A stretch of 64,000 nucleotides of DNA from a virus, in the IMG/VR virus record IMGVR_UViG_3300010401_000033, positions 1 through 64,000 of that record; one strand, written 5' to 3'. Position numbers and translations under genes: made by a program. Every line of letters starts with the position of its first letter. Positions within the stretch are counted from its first letter, which is position 1. The notes under the pieces are model-generated. The model did no database searches. It saw only the letters and a list, made by a program, of their open reading frames with translations, and had not been told where the DNA came from. Positions 44,591 through 54,157 of this stretch are shown in pieces.

Positions 44591-45729
44591 AACGGACCTC
44601 CTGTTGAGTTGATAATGAAGCGTTCGAGTTTCGGGGTGACAATTGTATCAACCACGAGGTGGATTCGTTCGGCAGTTCCACCATTGACTGCCATGTGAGG
44701 TTTGCGAGTATCGATCACCCAACACTCACCAACACCAAAATGATAAAAAAGTTGCCGATCATTTTCATCCCAGGTGCTGAACAACACTTGATCGTTCGTT
44801 TGTAAGGGGAAGTGCAAGCGAGCCAGGGCGCCTAGCGAGTTGCCAGCATCGGGGTCGACCTGGTCGGTATGTCGTTGGAGTTCTCCCCCGCCAGGGGCTA
44901 ATCTCATGAACCTAACCCGGTGCACTTCCCCATCGAGAAAGGAGAGGAGTTGGCGCACTTCGGTAAAGGAACTGTACAGAGGGGTGTCTTGGAGTTCGTA
45001 GCGTTCGTTCTTATGTTCTGTCTGCCACTTCTTGTTCATTTCCACCGGCTTGGTGATAAAGGCTGGGTCGGCAGAATAACCACGAAGCGAGAGGGCAGAC
45101 CATGCACCTTTTTGGTTATAGTTGCTGTAATGATTCGTATAGTCGATTGGACGCTTCAAATTCTTGAGTTGGTATAGAATTTCTTCTGCCCAACGGGTAT
45201 CAAAATTACAGACCTTCGACATACCTACCAACTCGGCTGGGTTCACAAGGGGATGTTCACGGGCAGCAAAATTAAAATGAGCATCGCGGAAGTAAACAGA
45301 AATGATTTCAGCAAAGGAAGTGACCTTATACCCCACATATTTGAACCCCGACCGCTCTGCAATGGTGCGGATTTGTTTGTTGCTAGCAAAGGTGGTCAGC
45401 CAACAATCATAATCATCGTATTGTTCCAGGGCTTCCAAGAGTACCAGTGAATCTCCGCATAGTTTGGAGAGTGTGAGATCGCCCTTGTGTTTCTCTCCAA
45501 TAGGCACCCCACTGAACATATAGACTTTCCCTGCAACCTTAGCACGTTCCACAACGAGACACGCCTCATTGTCTCGTAAGACTTTGAGTGTACCCTTGTG
45601 CATGGCTTCGGCAATGTTATTTTTCTTGAACTTTCCAAATGGGGAAAGTGCAAATTTATTATGGGGTTCGTAAAATCTTTCAATGCGCTTGAGAAGATTT
45701 AGTTCAACCCCATGCTGCCAATCCTTCAT
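44587..45729 (-). CDS. Possible GNAT-like domain fused to Asp/Asn beta-hydroxylase-like 2OG oxygenase
   Basis: C-terminal RVRFMRLAPGG..RHTD...RLHFPL...PHMAVN...RIHLVVD; N-terminal SNKQIRTIAERSGF. Confidence 0.7.
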   Translation of the reverse strand: MKDWQHGVELNLLKRIERFYEPHNKFALSPFGKFKKNNIAEAMHKGTLKVLRDNEACLVVERAKVAGKVYMFSGVPIGEKHKGDLTLSKLCGDSLVLLEALEQYDDYDCWLTTFASNKQIRTIAERSGFKYVGYKVTSFAEIISVYFRDAHFNFAAREHPLVNPAELVGMSKVCNFDTRWAEEILYQLKNLKRPIDYTNHYSNYNQKGAWSALSLRGYSADPAFITKPVEMNKKWQTEHKNERYELQDTPLYSSFTEVRQLLSFLDGEVHRVRFMRLAPGGGELQRHTDQVDPDAGNSLGALARLHFPLQTNDQVLFSTWDENDRQLFYHFGVGECWVIDTRKPHMAVNGGTAERIHLVVDTIVTPKLERFIINSTGGPL

Positions 45730-46430
45730 TAGTTCTCTCGATTCGATTGCACGGCTGTTGTAGGAACTTGCGGTGACTGTGGTTTGTATGTGGTGTCGCG
45801 TCCTGTGGACTTAAGGTGATTGGCTTTCATCTCAACCACGCGATTGATCTTCTTGAACAACTTCTGGCGCTTTTTCTTTGCCATCTGTAACGTCAGGCTT
45901 CCCACGCGAGAAGTAAAGACAACACCTTCAAGGTGGTCAAATTCGTGCTGGGCCACTCGTGCCGTCGCCCCATTCCAGGTTTGCTCAACACGGTTCCCAA
46001 ATTCATTGGTGTAACTGATCGTGATGGACTCTGGGCGTGTCACTGGGAGGTACAGACCTGGGAAACTAAGGCACCCCTCCTTCGTATAGACGGTTTCTTT
46101 TGAATGTTGGATAATGACTGGATTGATGCAGACAATTCCACCAATCATCACAAACATGCGGTAAGGGAATCCACACTGAGGGGCAGCAAGACCCACCCCA
46201 CCATAATGGGACATCGTGTAGAGCATTTGATTGGCAAATTCAATGACGTTGCACGGAGGGTTCGCCATGTCAAACAATGGCTGCTTAAGTGCCAGCATTG
46301 GATTTTTGTCATTATAGAGCGGGAGAAATTCTTGTTGCTTCTTGGTGATAGCGGCAGGTTTGGCTGTATCATAGACAAACATCTTCGGTGCATCAGGAGA
46401 AACGGGAGTGGCAATATCGTTCGTGTTCAT
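45729..46430 (-). CDS. def: Peptide deformylase
   Basis: GVGLAAPQ, EGCLS, QHEFDHLEG. Confidence 0.95.
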   Translation of the reverse strand: MNTNDIATPVSPDAPKMFVYDTAKPAAITKKQQEFLPLYNDKNPMLALKQPLFDMANPPCNVIEFANQMLYTMSHYGGVGLAAPQCGFPYRMFVMIGGIVCINPVIIQHSKETVYTKEGCLSFPGLYLPVTRPESITISYTNEFGNRVEQTWNGATARVAQHEFDHLEGVVFTSRVGSLTLQMAKKKRQKLFKKINRVVEMKANHLKSTGRDTTYKPQSPQVPTTAVQSNREN

Positions 46431-46440
46431 AGAGTCCTCA

Positions 46441-48150
46441 CTAAATTACAATTCGTGAAAAATTCTGTTGTTTGCTAAACTTCACTACATTTTGGAACTT
46501 GTCCTGTAAAATGTCTCCTCTGTGGCTAATGACGAACACGTTAGTTGCTTCGAGGCTGTGAAGAATCTTCATCAGTTCTTCGGTCCCTGTATTATCTAGG
46601 CTTGAATCAAAAATTTCATCCAGGATTAACAAATTCGTATCGGCAGAGTTCTTTAATTTTGCCACCGCTCGCCACGTAAGCACGAGTGCCATGTCAATAC
46701 GCTGCTTTTCCCCTTCCGAGAATGAATGGTAGGTGAAATCGTCTCGGTGCCGGGACTTGATCGTTTCCTTAAACGTTTCATCCAAGTTGAAGTTTACGAA
46801 GAAATCCATACTGGCGAGGTATTTATTACCCAACGTATTGATGATCGGTAGGTATTGGCGAATGATCTTCGTCTTGATGCCGGTGTCCTTGAGCAACATC
46901 CCTGCGGCTTCGTAATAAGCAGACTGGTCAATTAAATCTTTCTTGGCGGTTTCCAGGCGCTCAAGTTCGTCTTGGTGCTCTACCAATCGTGCCTGCTCAC
47001 GACCACTGGTTTGGTGGTGATTTTTGAATTCGTCAATCTTTTGGCTAATCTTCTCATTGAACTTTTCCAATTGTTTGATTGAAGTGGTATGGCTGGCGAT
47101 GGCGAGTTCATGATTCGCAATCTCCTGTTCAATCTGAGCAATGGCTGCTAATTTTGCCTGGTCGAGGTTCCAACGTTTCGTGAGTTGGGCGAGTCCACTT
47201 TCACACTCAGCGATCTTCTCATTGAGTTGCGTGATCTGCTGCGCCTTAAATGTCGGGTGAATCTCCTGAACACAGGTTGGGCAGTTCTCTTGTGTCTCGT
47301 AGAATTTAAGATTCTTTTTGTGCTTCCCAAGGACGTTTTCAATCTGGGCTTCCAATTGTGTAACCTTTTTGGATGCCGCAGTCACAGAGGCTTTATGGGT
47401 GATCTTCTCAGAGAGGTCTTGCACCGCACGGGTATGAATCGCATTCTCCATCCTCAGCCGTGAGATTTCTTGAGTGTTATGATCCCGTTCCGTTTCGTGC
47501 TCCTGGATACGCTTCGCCACATCCTGTTGGGCTTCGGAGATATAGCGTTCCTGCATAGCGATCTTCTCAAGCGCCCCATCAATCATGATTTTATTGGAAC
47601 TGCGCTCTGTTTGAAGGGTGGAGAGTTTCCCCTTCACAATCTTGTTCATACGGGAGAAAATTTGGATATCCAACAAGTCCTCAATGATCTCTCGGCGATC
47701 ACTCGCCTTGAGTTGCATGAAGGGAGTAAAGGAGGCTGACCCAAGGATCACGATTTGGGTAAAACTCTTATAATTCAATTTAAGGACAAATCGTTCCAGA
47801 TAGTCCTGATAGTCACCGGAGGAAGTCTGATCCACTAGTGAATCGTCTTTGAAAATCTCAAAGTTGTCAGGCTTGATCCCACGGGCCACCTTATACTCGT
47901 GGTTATCGGTCGTGAATTCAACCTCCACCTCACACTCTTTCAAGTTGATGGAGTTAATGAGGGCACCCTTATTGATATCGCGGAAGGGTTTATTGTAGAG
48001 GACGTAGCACAGGGCGTCTAGCATCGTAGACTTACCTGAGCCGTTCTCTCCAACCACCAGGGTGTTCTGCGCTCCATCCAGTTCTATCTCGGTCCAATAG
48101 TTACCAGTGCTGAGAAAGTTCTTCCAACGAAGTTTCTTGAATCTAAGCAT
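46441..48150 (-). CDS. gp46: Recombination endonuclease ATPase subunit (T4 gp46, Rad50-like)
   Basis: GENGSGKST, CPTC zinc hook, FSEGEK, LILDEIFD, ISH. Confidence 0.97.
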   Translation of the reverse strand: MLRFKKLRWKNFLSTGNYWTEIELDGAQNTLVVGENGSGKSTMLDALCYVLYNKPFRDINKGALINSINLKECEVEVEFTTDNHEYKVARGIKPDNFEIFKDDSLVDQTSSGDYQDYLERFVLKLNYKSFTQIVILGSASFTPFMQLKASDRREIIEDLLDIQIFSRMNKIVKGKLSTLQTERSSNKIMIDGALEKIAMQERYISEAQQDVAKRIQEHETERDHNTQEISRLRMENAIHTRAVQDLSEKITHKASVTAASKKVTQLEAQIENVLGKHKKNLKFYETQENCPTCVQEIHPTFKAQQITQLNEKIAECESGLAQLTKRWNLDQAKLAAIAQIEQEIANHELAIASHTTSIKQLEKFNEKISQKIDEFKNHHQTSGREQARLVEHQDELERLETAKKDLIDQSAYYEAAGMLLKDTGIKTKIIRQYLPIINTLGNKYLASMDFFVNFNLDETFKETIKSRHRDDFTYHSFSEGEKQRIDMALVLTWRAVAKLKNSADTNLLILDEIFDSSLDNTGTEELMKILHSLEATNVFVISHRGDILQDKFQNVVKFSKQQNFSRIVI

Positions 48151-49235
48151 TATTGTGCATCCGTTTCTGAGTTCACTGCTTCCACATACAATTCCTGTAG
48201 GAGGCCCTTCAATTTATCAGGATCAACTCCCCCAGGCATCGTCATGCCATCCACACACTTACGAATAATTGTGACAGTATCCTCGGCTTGGTTCACTCCA
48301 ATACCCTGGGTCGCGTCTAAGGCAGACTCCGTGTAGTCCTCAACCACCGTTACGTCTAACGGACTTGACTTATAGAGTGAGTCCATCATGGTATCAAAGA
48401 GGTAGGGGTTCTGCTTGCGTGTCACCACAACCTTGACGAAAGCATTGGTGTATTGTGTGAAATCATGGGATTTCCAGAATTCAAAGTTCTGGACGCTATC
48501 ATCGTAGGTGTACTTGTGGAACAGCCGGTAGGGGTTCTCCACAAAGGTCAATTCGCGTGTCTCTGTATCCAGAATATGGAACCCACGAGGATCGTTGTAG
48601 TCTGCCCAGGTAATTTCGTATTGGTTGCCCAGGTAATAGATCACCCCATCATCTGAGCGGTGGTGGAAGTGCCCCGAATAAACCTTATCAAAACGATCAA
48701 ATGTTCCCTTGCTCATACCCGATAGACACACGTTCCCCTGATCCATTTCAAACCCTGTGATTTCCAGGTGTCCGAGAATGATCGGGGCTTTTGTGGTTTC
48801 AATGTACTGCATCGCGGCTTCGTAATTCCCTGAGTTGATCCAGGGAATCAATGCCACAAGGAGACTGCCGTATTGCATATCCTGGGGTTCACTGAAAATT
48901 CGCACGTTCGGATACTTCCCGATCAATTCATCCAAGGCATTGACGCTGTTGGTGTTGCGGTAATAACAGTCGTGATTGCCTGTCAGGAGGTCGATAGGAA
49001 TGTTGTATTCGTTGTTGAGGCGGTCAAAGAACCCAGTCTGCCACTTATTCCATATGGCAAAGTTGATGAACTTACGACGATCAACCACGTCACCGAGGTG
49101 GACCACACGATCTACTCGGTGCTTTGTGAGCGCCGGGAAAAAGATATTATCCCAAAAACGAAAGAAGAAGTCATTGATGTGGGGATTGTCACCACGCGCA
49201 CCCGCATGGGTGTCGTTGATAAGGGCCAGTTTCAT
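48150..49235 (-). CDS. gp47: Recombination endonuclease nuclease subunit (T4 gp47, Mre11-like)
   Basis: DTH.G, HLGDVVDRRK, GNHD, GHLE, SGHFH. Confidence 0.96.
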   Translation of the reverse strand: MKLALINDTHAGARGDNPHINDFFFRFWDNIFFPALTKHRVDRVVHLGDVVDRRKFINFAIWNKWQTGFFDRLNNEYNIPIDLLTGNHDCYYRNTNSVNALDELIGKYPNVRIFSEPQDMQYGSLLVALIPWINSGNYEAAMQYIETTKAPIILGHLEITGFEMDQGNVCLSGMSKGTFDRFDKVYSGHFHHRSDDGVIYYLGNQYEITWADYNDPRGFHILDTETRELTFVENPYRLFHKYTYDDSVQNFEFWKSHDFTQYTNAFVKVVVTRKQNPYLFDTMMDSLYKSSPLDVTVVEDYTESALDATQGIGVNQAEDTVTIIRKCVDGMTMPGGVDPDKLKGLLQELYVEAVNSETDAQ

Positions 49236-49435
49236 TAAATTCGTACTCCTGAACCGCGGATTGGTTCACTGCAACCAACGATGAAGTTACCGTCTGACAT
49301 CTTTTGGTCCTCAAGACGTTCAATTCGTGCCTCAAGATCGGCAAGTCTTTTGAGTAATTCTGTAGGGTCAAACTGGGAGCGTTGCGGCTCTGGAAGATGC
49401 GTCATCTTCACTGGTCTCGGTGTCATGGGATTCAT
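49235..49435 (-). CDS. Small hypothetical protein
   Basis: Coupled ORF between gp55 and gp47; short coiled coil. Confidence 0.5.
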   Translation of the reverse strand: MNPMTPRPVKMTHLPEPQRSQFDPTELLKRLADLEARIERLEDQKMSDGNFIVGCSEPIRGSGVRI

Positions 49436-49986
49436 TAGTCACCTATGAATTTAAGGGTTCCACTGCTGGCAATGACTTTCGGCTTTCTGCGTCTTTTACT
49501 TTTACGCCCCTTCTCAAAGGCGTCAATGAAGTCTGTGATATTCTCATAAACCTGGAATGAACGCCCACGATCATGCCCTAGCCCCTCAAGATCGTGCATT
49601 TCCGACTGTTGGAGCAACCCAAGTTGCTGGGTCGCTTTGTACTTCACATAAAGTTGCCGTTTCTCTTTGGTAATACGTCTGAGGAAGGCAAAATAGGTGA
49701 TTTGGGTAAAATATGCGAACGGATTCTTTGACTTGGCCGGATTAAAGTTCTTCGCATATTGGACACAGTTCTCCACGGCATCTGCAATCATATCCTCACG
49801 GAAGGTGTAGGACATGAAATTAGGCTTGCGTGAGAGGTGTTCGGCAATCTTAAGAAAACACACCCCAATGAATGGGCTCAGTTCAGGCGCCTGGCGCTTG
49901 GCTTTCTTTGCTTCCTTCACCTGTGTTCGGTAATCAATCATCGCTGCTAGCAATTCTTTGTTGCTAACGTAGTGGGTAGTTGCCAT
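49435..49986 (-). CDS. gp55: Late-transcription sigma factor (T4 gp55)
   Basis: HYVSNKELL, KIAEHLS.KPNF..Y, NPFAYFTQI, AFLRRI.KEK. Confidence 0.95.
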   Translation of the reverse strand: MATTHYVSNKELLAAMIDYRTQVKEAKKAKRQAPELSPFIGVCFLKIAEHLSRKPNFMSYTFREDMIADAVENCVQYAKNFNPAKSKNPFAYFTQITYFAFLRRITKEKRQLYVKYKATQQLGLLQQSEMHDLEGLGHDRGRSFQVYENITDFIDAFEKGRKSKRRRKPKVIASSGTLKFIGD

Positions 49987-49994
49987 AGGACTCC

Positions 49995-50483
49995 TCAATG
50001 GGTGGTGGTGGGATCGCCCCACTCAGTATTTTCATCAAATAATGCCGCAAGTGTATCGGGGAGAGCGTTAGGATTCACGAATGTTTCTTGTGATTTTCGT
50101 TCCTTTGTACGAGCGAATTTCTCTTGGTGAAACTTTTCAATTTGGGAGACCTGAGAAATAAATTCTCCGGCAAAGAGCCTGAGTTTTTCTTGTTCAGTGT
50201 GCGCCCATACCTTATAAAAACTGAGGAGTTCGGGTGTGGGCTGCATTGTGCCACGCATGAGACCCGGGGTGACACGAATCAATGCACCCTGAACCAATTC
50301 ATTGGGCAACCACGGCGTCAACATGAACCCCAGGATACCCTGTGCCCCTCGTTCATGAATCACGAGTGCAGGCGTATCAAAGAGAAACAACGTTTCGCTA
50401 GATGGGTCCTGAGTGACGCGAGCGATGATAATTTCCCCACGATCCAAGAGCATCATCAGGATATTGTTTTGAACAGGTTCCAT
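49995..50483 (-). CDS. Hypothetical protein (Sm-like N-terminus)
   Basis: GEIIIARV...TPAL...TPWLP; conserved position between uvsW and gp55; SD GGAG. Confidence 0.6.
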   Translation of the reverse strand: MEPVQNNILMMLLDRGEIIIARVTQDPSSETLFLFDTPALVIHERGAQGILGFMLTPWLPNELVQGALIRVTPGLMRGTMQPTPELLSFYKVWAHTEQEKLRLFAGEFISQVSQIEKFHQEKFARTKERKSQETFVNPNALPDTLAALFDENTEWGDPTTTH

Positions 50484-50506
50484 TAACACTTCTCCAAGGA
50501 AAGCCT

Positions 50507-50535
50507 ATTATAACACACTCAACTTTTTAAGTCAA
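50507..50535 (-). promoter_or_regulatory. Sigma70-type promoter for the gp55/47/46 operon
   Basis: TTGACT-17nt-TATAAT with TG. Confidence 0.75.
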
Positions 50536-51991
50536 TGAGATATTGCTTGAATGGGAGTTTTTCGCTATTATAGATGGAGGCACGGTGGATGAAGTGTTTC
50601 AGGAGAAAATTCTCTCGTTTACCGATCCTGAGGTCATCCACAATATCAAAGAGGGTGGCACAGGTTTTACCGTCAGCATTTCGCAAACCTCTACCGATGG
50701 ATTGAAGATTGCGGATTCGTGATTTGGATGGTGCCGCAAAAATGACGTTATGGAGTTTCTTGATATTGATACCTGTGCTGAATGTCCCGTAAGATGCCAC
50801 GATGATTGCATTTTCACTCTCTTCGGTAATTCCCCGAATTTCTTCACGCACCAATGTTTCGGTGTCTCCGTGGACAAAAAAGACCTTTCGCCCCTCTGCT
50901 GCTCCGTCTCTAATGGATTCAAACAATGGCTTACCGTGCTTCTTGACCAATTGAAAGAGAATGAGGGTGTTGCCTTCCAGGGAGAGAGCAAGGTTGCGAA
51001 CAAACTTGGCTCTTGGCTGATAATGCACCACGGCATCGTATTCCTCCTGATAAGAGGATTTCCTCAGTGATTGACACACGGCCTCAGGATATTTGAGCAC
51101 CAGGCACTTAATTTTCAGTGAGGCTAACTTACCGGAGTCCATGAGTTCTTTGGTTGTAGTGGCGGCAAACTCAGGACCAAAATGACCCTCTAATACCAAT
51201 TTGTGCGTCTTGGTTCCATCTAGGGTGCCCGTAGTTCCGATACGAACATCCGCATTTTTGAGTGCTGCCATTACCGCCGAGAGGGTCTTGGCTTTGAATT
51301 GATGGGCTTCATCCCCGATCACAAAATCAAATTGAGAGAGGTATTCAGGATTCTTTTTGTGTTGCAGGTAGAGTGTTTGATAGGTTGAGACGGTGAGGAA
51401 ATGCTTAATCACCTTATCCTTACCCTCATAGAGGCGATGCACGTACTTATCAGAGTCCCACCCATAGGACTGGAAATCGGTGAAAAGTTGTTCAACCAAC
51501 GAGGTGGTTGGAACAATAATCAATCCGCGTTGGTGGTTTTGTTGGAGTTGTCTCGCCATCATATACATGATAAGCGATTTACCGGATGCCGTAGGGCTGA
51601 CGATCAACAGGCGTCTGTAGCGAATGGCTTTCGCAAACGCTTCAATCTGATAGTCGTGGGGAATATGTGGGAGACCGAGAGAGACTGCGAAGGCTTGCGC
51701 CTCGGCAATTGAGAAGTTCGTGGTTAGGAGAACAGCGTCATCGACTGAAAGAGTGTATTGACGATCCGCAGCAAATTTCTGGAGGTAACCGACAAGACCA
51801 CCAGGGAGAGTAGCATAGCGGCGATCAAATAACCTGATCCGACCGTCCCACATACCGCTCTTAAATAAAGGCTGGTACTCATGTCCAGGGACGAAGAATG
51901 CAAAATACTCTGACAACTCTTGTGCCACTGCGTCATCAGTGCTAACCTGAATAAAGGCTTCATTTTTCTTACTAACAAAAAGGTTGGACAT
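50519..51991 (-). CDS. uvsW: SF2 helicase UvsW
   Basis: SPTASGKS, VPTTSLV.Q, GDEAH, TGT, QSIGRGLR. Confidence 0.96.
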   Translation of the reverse strand: MSNLFVSKKNEAFIQVSTDDAVAQELSEYFAFFVPGHEYQPLFKSGMWDGRIRLFDRRYATLPGGLVGYLQKFAADRQYTLSVDDAVLLTTNFSIAEAQAFAVSLGLPHIPHDYQIEAFAKAIRYRRLLIVSPTASGKSLIMYMMARQLQQNHQRGLIIVPTTSLVEQLFTDFQSYGWDSDKYVHRLYEGKDKVIKHFLTVSTYQTLYLQHKKNPEYLSQFDFVIGDEAHQFKAKTLSAVMAALKNADVRIGTTGTLDGTKTHKLVLEGHFGPEFAATTTKELMDSGKLASLKIKCLVLKYPEAVCQSLRKSSYQEEYDAVVHYQPRAKFVRNLALSLEGNTLILFQLVKKHGKPLFESIRDGAAEGRKVFFVHGDTETLVREEIRGITEESENAIIVASYGTFSTGINIKKLHNVIFAAPSKSRIRNLQSIGRGLRNADGKTCATLFDIVDDLRIGKRENFLLKHFIHRASIYNSEKLPFKQYLIDLKS

Positions 51992-52458
51992 TAGTGGGCC
52001 CCCGATATGAATTTCTCCCAACTAATGATATCCTTTAGTTGGAAGGTTCGGGACCCCAGTTCTTTAATGATTCGTTCGCACAAATCCACAATTTCCTCAT
52101 GTATGGCAATCACAGCCTTGCCGTTCACCAATTCCTTATCTGAGTCCATGTAGGTCGCCAGATCACCCTTAAGAGTGTAGAGGAATGGTTCCCACTTATA
52201 ATGGGCGAGCGTAGTTTGATCCAGGCGCCCCATGTAGTATTCATACTTCAATCGGCGGAGTTTTGCCATGCGCCGTTCACCTTCTTTAAAGGCACGACGA
52301 TGGGTGCTGAGGATGGTGAGGTACTTGCTGTGAAGCGAACCGATCTTTCTCAGTTCGGAGGCAGGTTCCAACTTATCCATAACAGCGTCAATTTTCCACT
52401 CCGCGAGGAGTGAGTCCACCTGGTCGGTAGACGGAGCCTTCGGGTCAAGATTTAGCAT
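51991..52458 (-). CDS. uvsY: Recombination mediator UvsY
   Basis: W..D...D, LHSKYL, KYEYY.G, I.WEKFISG; next to uvsW. Confidence 0.88.
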   Translation of the reverse strand: MLNLDPKAPSTDQVDSLLAEWKIDAVMDKLEPASELRKIGSLHSKYLTILSTHRRAFKEGERRMAKLRRLKYEYYMGRLDQTTLAHYKWEPFLYTLKGDLATYMDSDKELVNGKAVIAIHEEIVDLCERIIKELGSRTFQLKDIISWEKFISGAH

Positions 52459-52463
52459 GAGGT

Positions 52464-52492
52464 ATTATAACACAATCAATTATGAAAGTCAA
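52464..52492 (-). promoter_or_regulatory. Sigma70-type promoter, probably leaderless uvsY
   Basis: TTGACT-17nt-TATAAT with TG; ATG 5 nt downstream. Confidence 0.78.
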
Positions 52493-53028
52493 CGATTGAG
52501 GACTTCAATCTCATAGAGGTCAAACCTAAACACAGCGTCCGAGGTTACCGGTTCCTCTGGTGCAGAGGTTGAAGAGAGGAGGATATCGGTAAGTTGTGTG
52601 GGGAAGCAATGCTGAAACTTAATACGAATCTTGGGGTTCTGTTTGGAGTCAAGCACCACCAAAGTCGCATCAGAGAATTGTGGCTGTGGAGCCCCGTAGG
52701 CACCTGGACGCAGCGGGAGGTTCTTGAATTCCTTGAATTCCTTCGGAAACGTCAACCCACGCATCCAGGTATACACTTCAAGCCACCCAGTTAACTCTTC
52801 ATCCACGATAAAGGTCATGGAGAAGGGGTTAATAAGCAACTTCTCACCAGGAGAATAGAGATCAATAAACGGAGTCTGCCTCGGTACTTCTCCGATGGAC
52901 AAACCAGGAATGTTGACAGATTGGGCCCAGTATTCCACGGTTGGAATAGCGGTAAAACTCACCAAAAATTTATTTGGGTGCATCCCATTGGGATTGGCTG
53001 GGGTGTGTGGAATTGAAGGGATTGCCAT
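52489..53028 (-). CDS. gp3: Tail tube terminator/completion protein (T4 gp3-like)
   Basis: QSVNIPG, PGEKL, FIVDEEL..W, SDATL, FP..L. Confidence 0.85.
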   Translation of the reverse strand: MAIPSIPHTPANPNGMHPNKFLVSFTAIPTVEYWAQSVNIPGLSIGEVPRQTPFIDLYSPGEKLLINPFSMTFIVDEELTGWLEVYTWMRGLTFPKEFKEFKNLPLRPGAYGAPQPQFSDATLVVLDSKQNPKIRIKFQHCFPTQLTDILLSSTSAPEEPVTSDAVFRFDLYEIEVLNR

Positions 53029-53029
53029 G

Positions 53030-53545
53030 TTACGACCTCTCTATCCAATCAAGAATCTGTCTCGGTGCCTCTGAGTCGCCATTGGCTTCAATAATCTTGT
53101 TTGGCGGCACCTGTGAGTATACAAGACTATGTATCTGTCGATCTAAGTCCTTCGCTTCGTCCTCAGTCTGACTACGCCCAAAGAGGACGTAAGGCTTTGT
53201 ACGCCTGAGAATCACTGCGATGTTGTCATATTCGTGAAACAGGTCTTTAATGAAGGGACTGAAACTTGAGGGCATCATTCTATTATAGACCAGGCACAGG
53301 AGCAACGGACTGTCAGTGATGCAATAATCAACCTTATCCTTGAGCAAGAAGAGGCGATGGTGTTGCTTGGCAGAGATATACAATTGATCGTCAAGTTCTT
53401 TATGACGATCCGCCCAGACAATATCCTTGGCGTACTCGGTCACAAGTTCCACCTTATAACCATCCTGCTTCATGATATGAAAGAGACCCGCCGCGGTGGT
53501 TGATTTCCCGGCACCCGGGCCCGCAAAGAGATTCACGACCTTCAT
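53030..53545 (-). CDS. NadR-like P-loop kinase
   Basis: NLFAGPGAGKST, ELVTEYAK, ITDSPL, GR.QT. Confidence 0.8.
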   Translation of the reverse strand: MKVVNLFAGPGAGKSTTAAGLFHIMKQDGYKVELVTEYAKDIVWADRHKELDDQLYISAKQHHRLFLLKDKVDYCITDSPLLLCLVYNRMMPSSFSPFIKDLFHEYDNIAVILRRTKPYVLFGRSQTEDEAKDLDRQIHSLVYSQVPPNKIIEANGDSEAPRQILDWIERS

Positions 53546-54039
53546 GCAAATTCCTTTCCTGGAAATTCATCTACTTCTTCGTCATCTTCTTCTGGTTCAG
53601 CAATACCTGCATCAATCCATGATACCACTTCTTTGTCCTTGATGAAAATGATGTAGGATTGTCCACCATCCTTATGATAGACACTGACCTGAACCGCAGT
53701 GATCGGTAGACTACCGATTTCGTCCTGCAAAGTCTTGACACTGAGCACCCTTATAGTAAGGGTTTGTTCGGGGAACCGCTTTTTTCCAAAACCCTTAATT
53801 AAATCATCCAATTCTGTGCGAAGATCGTTCTCAACGGTAACTTGAGTCTTTTTGACCTGTCGTTCGCGGCATTCTATCCGAAAGTTGTTTTCATTGGGAT
53901 AGGCTTCTGCCATTTCAAACCCAATACGGTCCCTTTCAACTTGGCATTCTTCTTGTGTAGCGAATGAATTGAGGAATGTGAGGCGTTCCAACCCCTGAAC
54001 GGGGGTGAGCAAAACCATAAGCAATACCCAGGGTAGCAT
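53542..54039 (-). CDS. Hypothetical protein with hydrophobic N-terminus
   Basis: SD AAGGAG; F.T..EC motif. Confidence 0.6.
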   Translation of the reverse strand: MLPWVLLMVLLTPVQGLERLTFLNSFATQEECQVERDRIGFEMAEAYPNENNFRIECRERQVKKTQVTVENDLRTELDDLIKGFGKKRFPEQTLTIRVLSVKTLQDEIGSLPITAVQVSVYHKDGGQSYIIFIKDKEVVSWIDAGIAEPEEDDEEVDEFPGKEFA

Positions 54040-54064
54040 AGTTCTCCTTAGAAGGTGAGTGTAT

Positions 54065-54093
54065 ACTATACACTATTTATGAGGGGTTGTCAA
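54065..54093 (-). promoter_or_regulatory. Nested sigma70-type and late promoter
   Basis: TTGACA-17nt-TATAGT with CATAAATA (54074-54081) inside the spacer. Confidence 0.7.
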
Positions 54094-54096
54094 GAT

Positions 54097-54130
54097 AAAA
54101 GAAAAGGGGAACCTCTTTCGAGATTCCCCT
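54097..54130 (-). terminator. Rho-independent terminator after gp23
   Basis: AGGGGAATCTC-GAAA-GAGGTTCCCCT followed by a T-rich tract. Confidence 0.85.
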
Positions 54131-54157
54131 CACTTTGAAACAGATTACAGGAATTGA

